From the IMG/VR virus record IMGVR_UViG_2821123053_000004, positions 4,819 to 68,818 of that record: a stretch of DNA of 64,000 nt; one strand, given 5' to 3'. Positions 63,227 through 64,000 of the stretch are shown piece after piece (position 1 is the stretch's first letter; each line of letters begins with the position of its first letter). The notes beneath the pieces were generated by a model. That model was not told the DNA's origin. It searched no databases and was given only the letters and a program-made list of their open reading frames with translations. The translations under genes and the position numbers were made by a program. The stretch comes from a virus. Its lineage: Duplodnaviria > Caudoviricetes.

Positions 63227-64000
63227 TCAGTGCAGGATCTGGCTGAGGAAGAGTTTTGTGCGCTCGTGCTGCGGATTATCGAAGAACTCGGCCGGCGAGT
63301 TCTGCTCGACGATCTGGCCCTGGTCCATGAAGATGACGCGGTTTGCGACCTGGCGGGCAAAACCCATCTCATGGGTCACGCACAGCATGGTCATGCCTTC
63401 TTCGGCAAGCGAGACCATGGTGTCGAGCACTTCCTTGACCATTTCCGGGTCGAGCGCCGAGGTCGGTTCGTCGAACAGCATGATCTTCGGCTTCATGCAG
63501 AGCGAGCGGGCGATCGCCACGCGCTGCTGCTGGCCGCCGGAGAGCTGGCCCGGATATTTGTTGGCCTGTTCCGGGATCTTGACGCGCTTCAGATAGTGCA
63601 TCGCGATCTCTTCGGCTTCCTTCTTCGGCATCTTGCGAACCCAGATCGGAGCCAGCGTGCAGTTTTCCAGGATGGTCAGGTGCGGGAAGAGGTTGAAGTG
63701 CTGGAACACCATGCCGACCTCGCGGCGCACCTCGTCGATCTTCTTCAGATCGTTGGTAAGCTCGATATTGTCGACGAGGATATTGCCCGACTGATGTTCT
63801 TCCAGCCGGTTGATGCAACGGATCATCGTCGACTTGCCGGAGCCCGAAGGCCCGGCAATGACGATGCGCTCGCCCTTCATCACCTTCAGATTGATGTCGC
63901 GCAGCACGTGGAAATCACCATACCACTTGTTCATGCCGATGATTTCGACTGCAACCTCGGTCGAGGAAACGGTCAGTTTTTTCGTTAGGGCTTCAGCCAT
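63227..64000 (-). CDS. aapP: General L-amino acid ABC transporter ATP-binding protein (host)
   Basis: [34 protein letters not shown]; [11 protein letters not shown]. Confidence 0.9.
   Translation of the reverse strand: MAEALTKKLTVSSTEVAVEIIGMNKWYGDFHVLRDINLKVMKGERIVIAGPSGSGKSTMIRCINRLEEHQSGNILVDNIELTNDLKKIDEVRREVGMVFQHFNLFPHLTILENCTLAPIWVRKMPKKEAEEIAMHYLKRVKIPEQANKYPGQLSGGQQQRVAIARSLCMKPKIMLFDEPTSALDPEMVKEVLDTMVSLAEEGMTMLCVTHEMGFARQVANRVIFMDQGQIVEQNSPAEFFDNPQHERTKLFLSQILH

Overview
Nearly the whole window (1 to ~61,793) is one apparently intact temperate siphovirus prophage in a Rhizobiaceae-type host. Module order: immunity region with two repressors; recombination/replication genes (AAA ATPase, DUF669 protein, beta clamp, exonuclease, two helicases, DNA methylase, primase-helicase); tRNA-fMet/HNH; HK97-like head; long non-contractile tail; lysis; an SOS-type ligase/SRAP module; and a nucleotide-metabolism arm. 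The right boundary is the 3' half of a tRNA-Arg(UCU) gene (att, 61749-61793), followed by host genes (aapP). The integrase and the other att site are not visible and presumably lie left of base 1. The most striking unexplained patterns are: (1) 13 copies of the peptide ANDN, synonymously recoded, in 11 non-structural proteins, often with C-terminal AA, resembling the alphaproteobacterial SsrA tag; (2) three unannotated SD-led mini-ORFs in the immunity region with tandem rare AGA codons, one running into an intrinsic terminator, in a phage whose att site is the AGA-decoding tRNA; (3) a recurrent CACCAC leader motif and hairpins with CTCACCA loops upstream of early genes; (4) a main repressor lacking the S24 catalytic residues, paired with an intact LexA-like repressor. 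Cargo includes RtcB, a stand-alone SIR2 gene, an acyltransferase and two SGNH esterases. Family assignments come from motif recognition by eye; no database searches were run.
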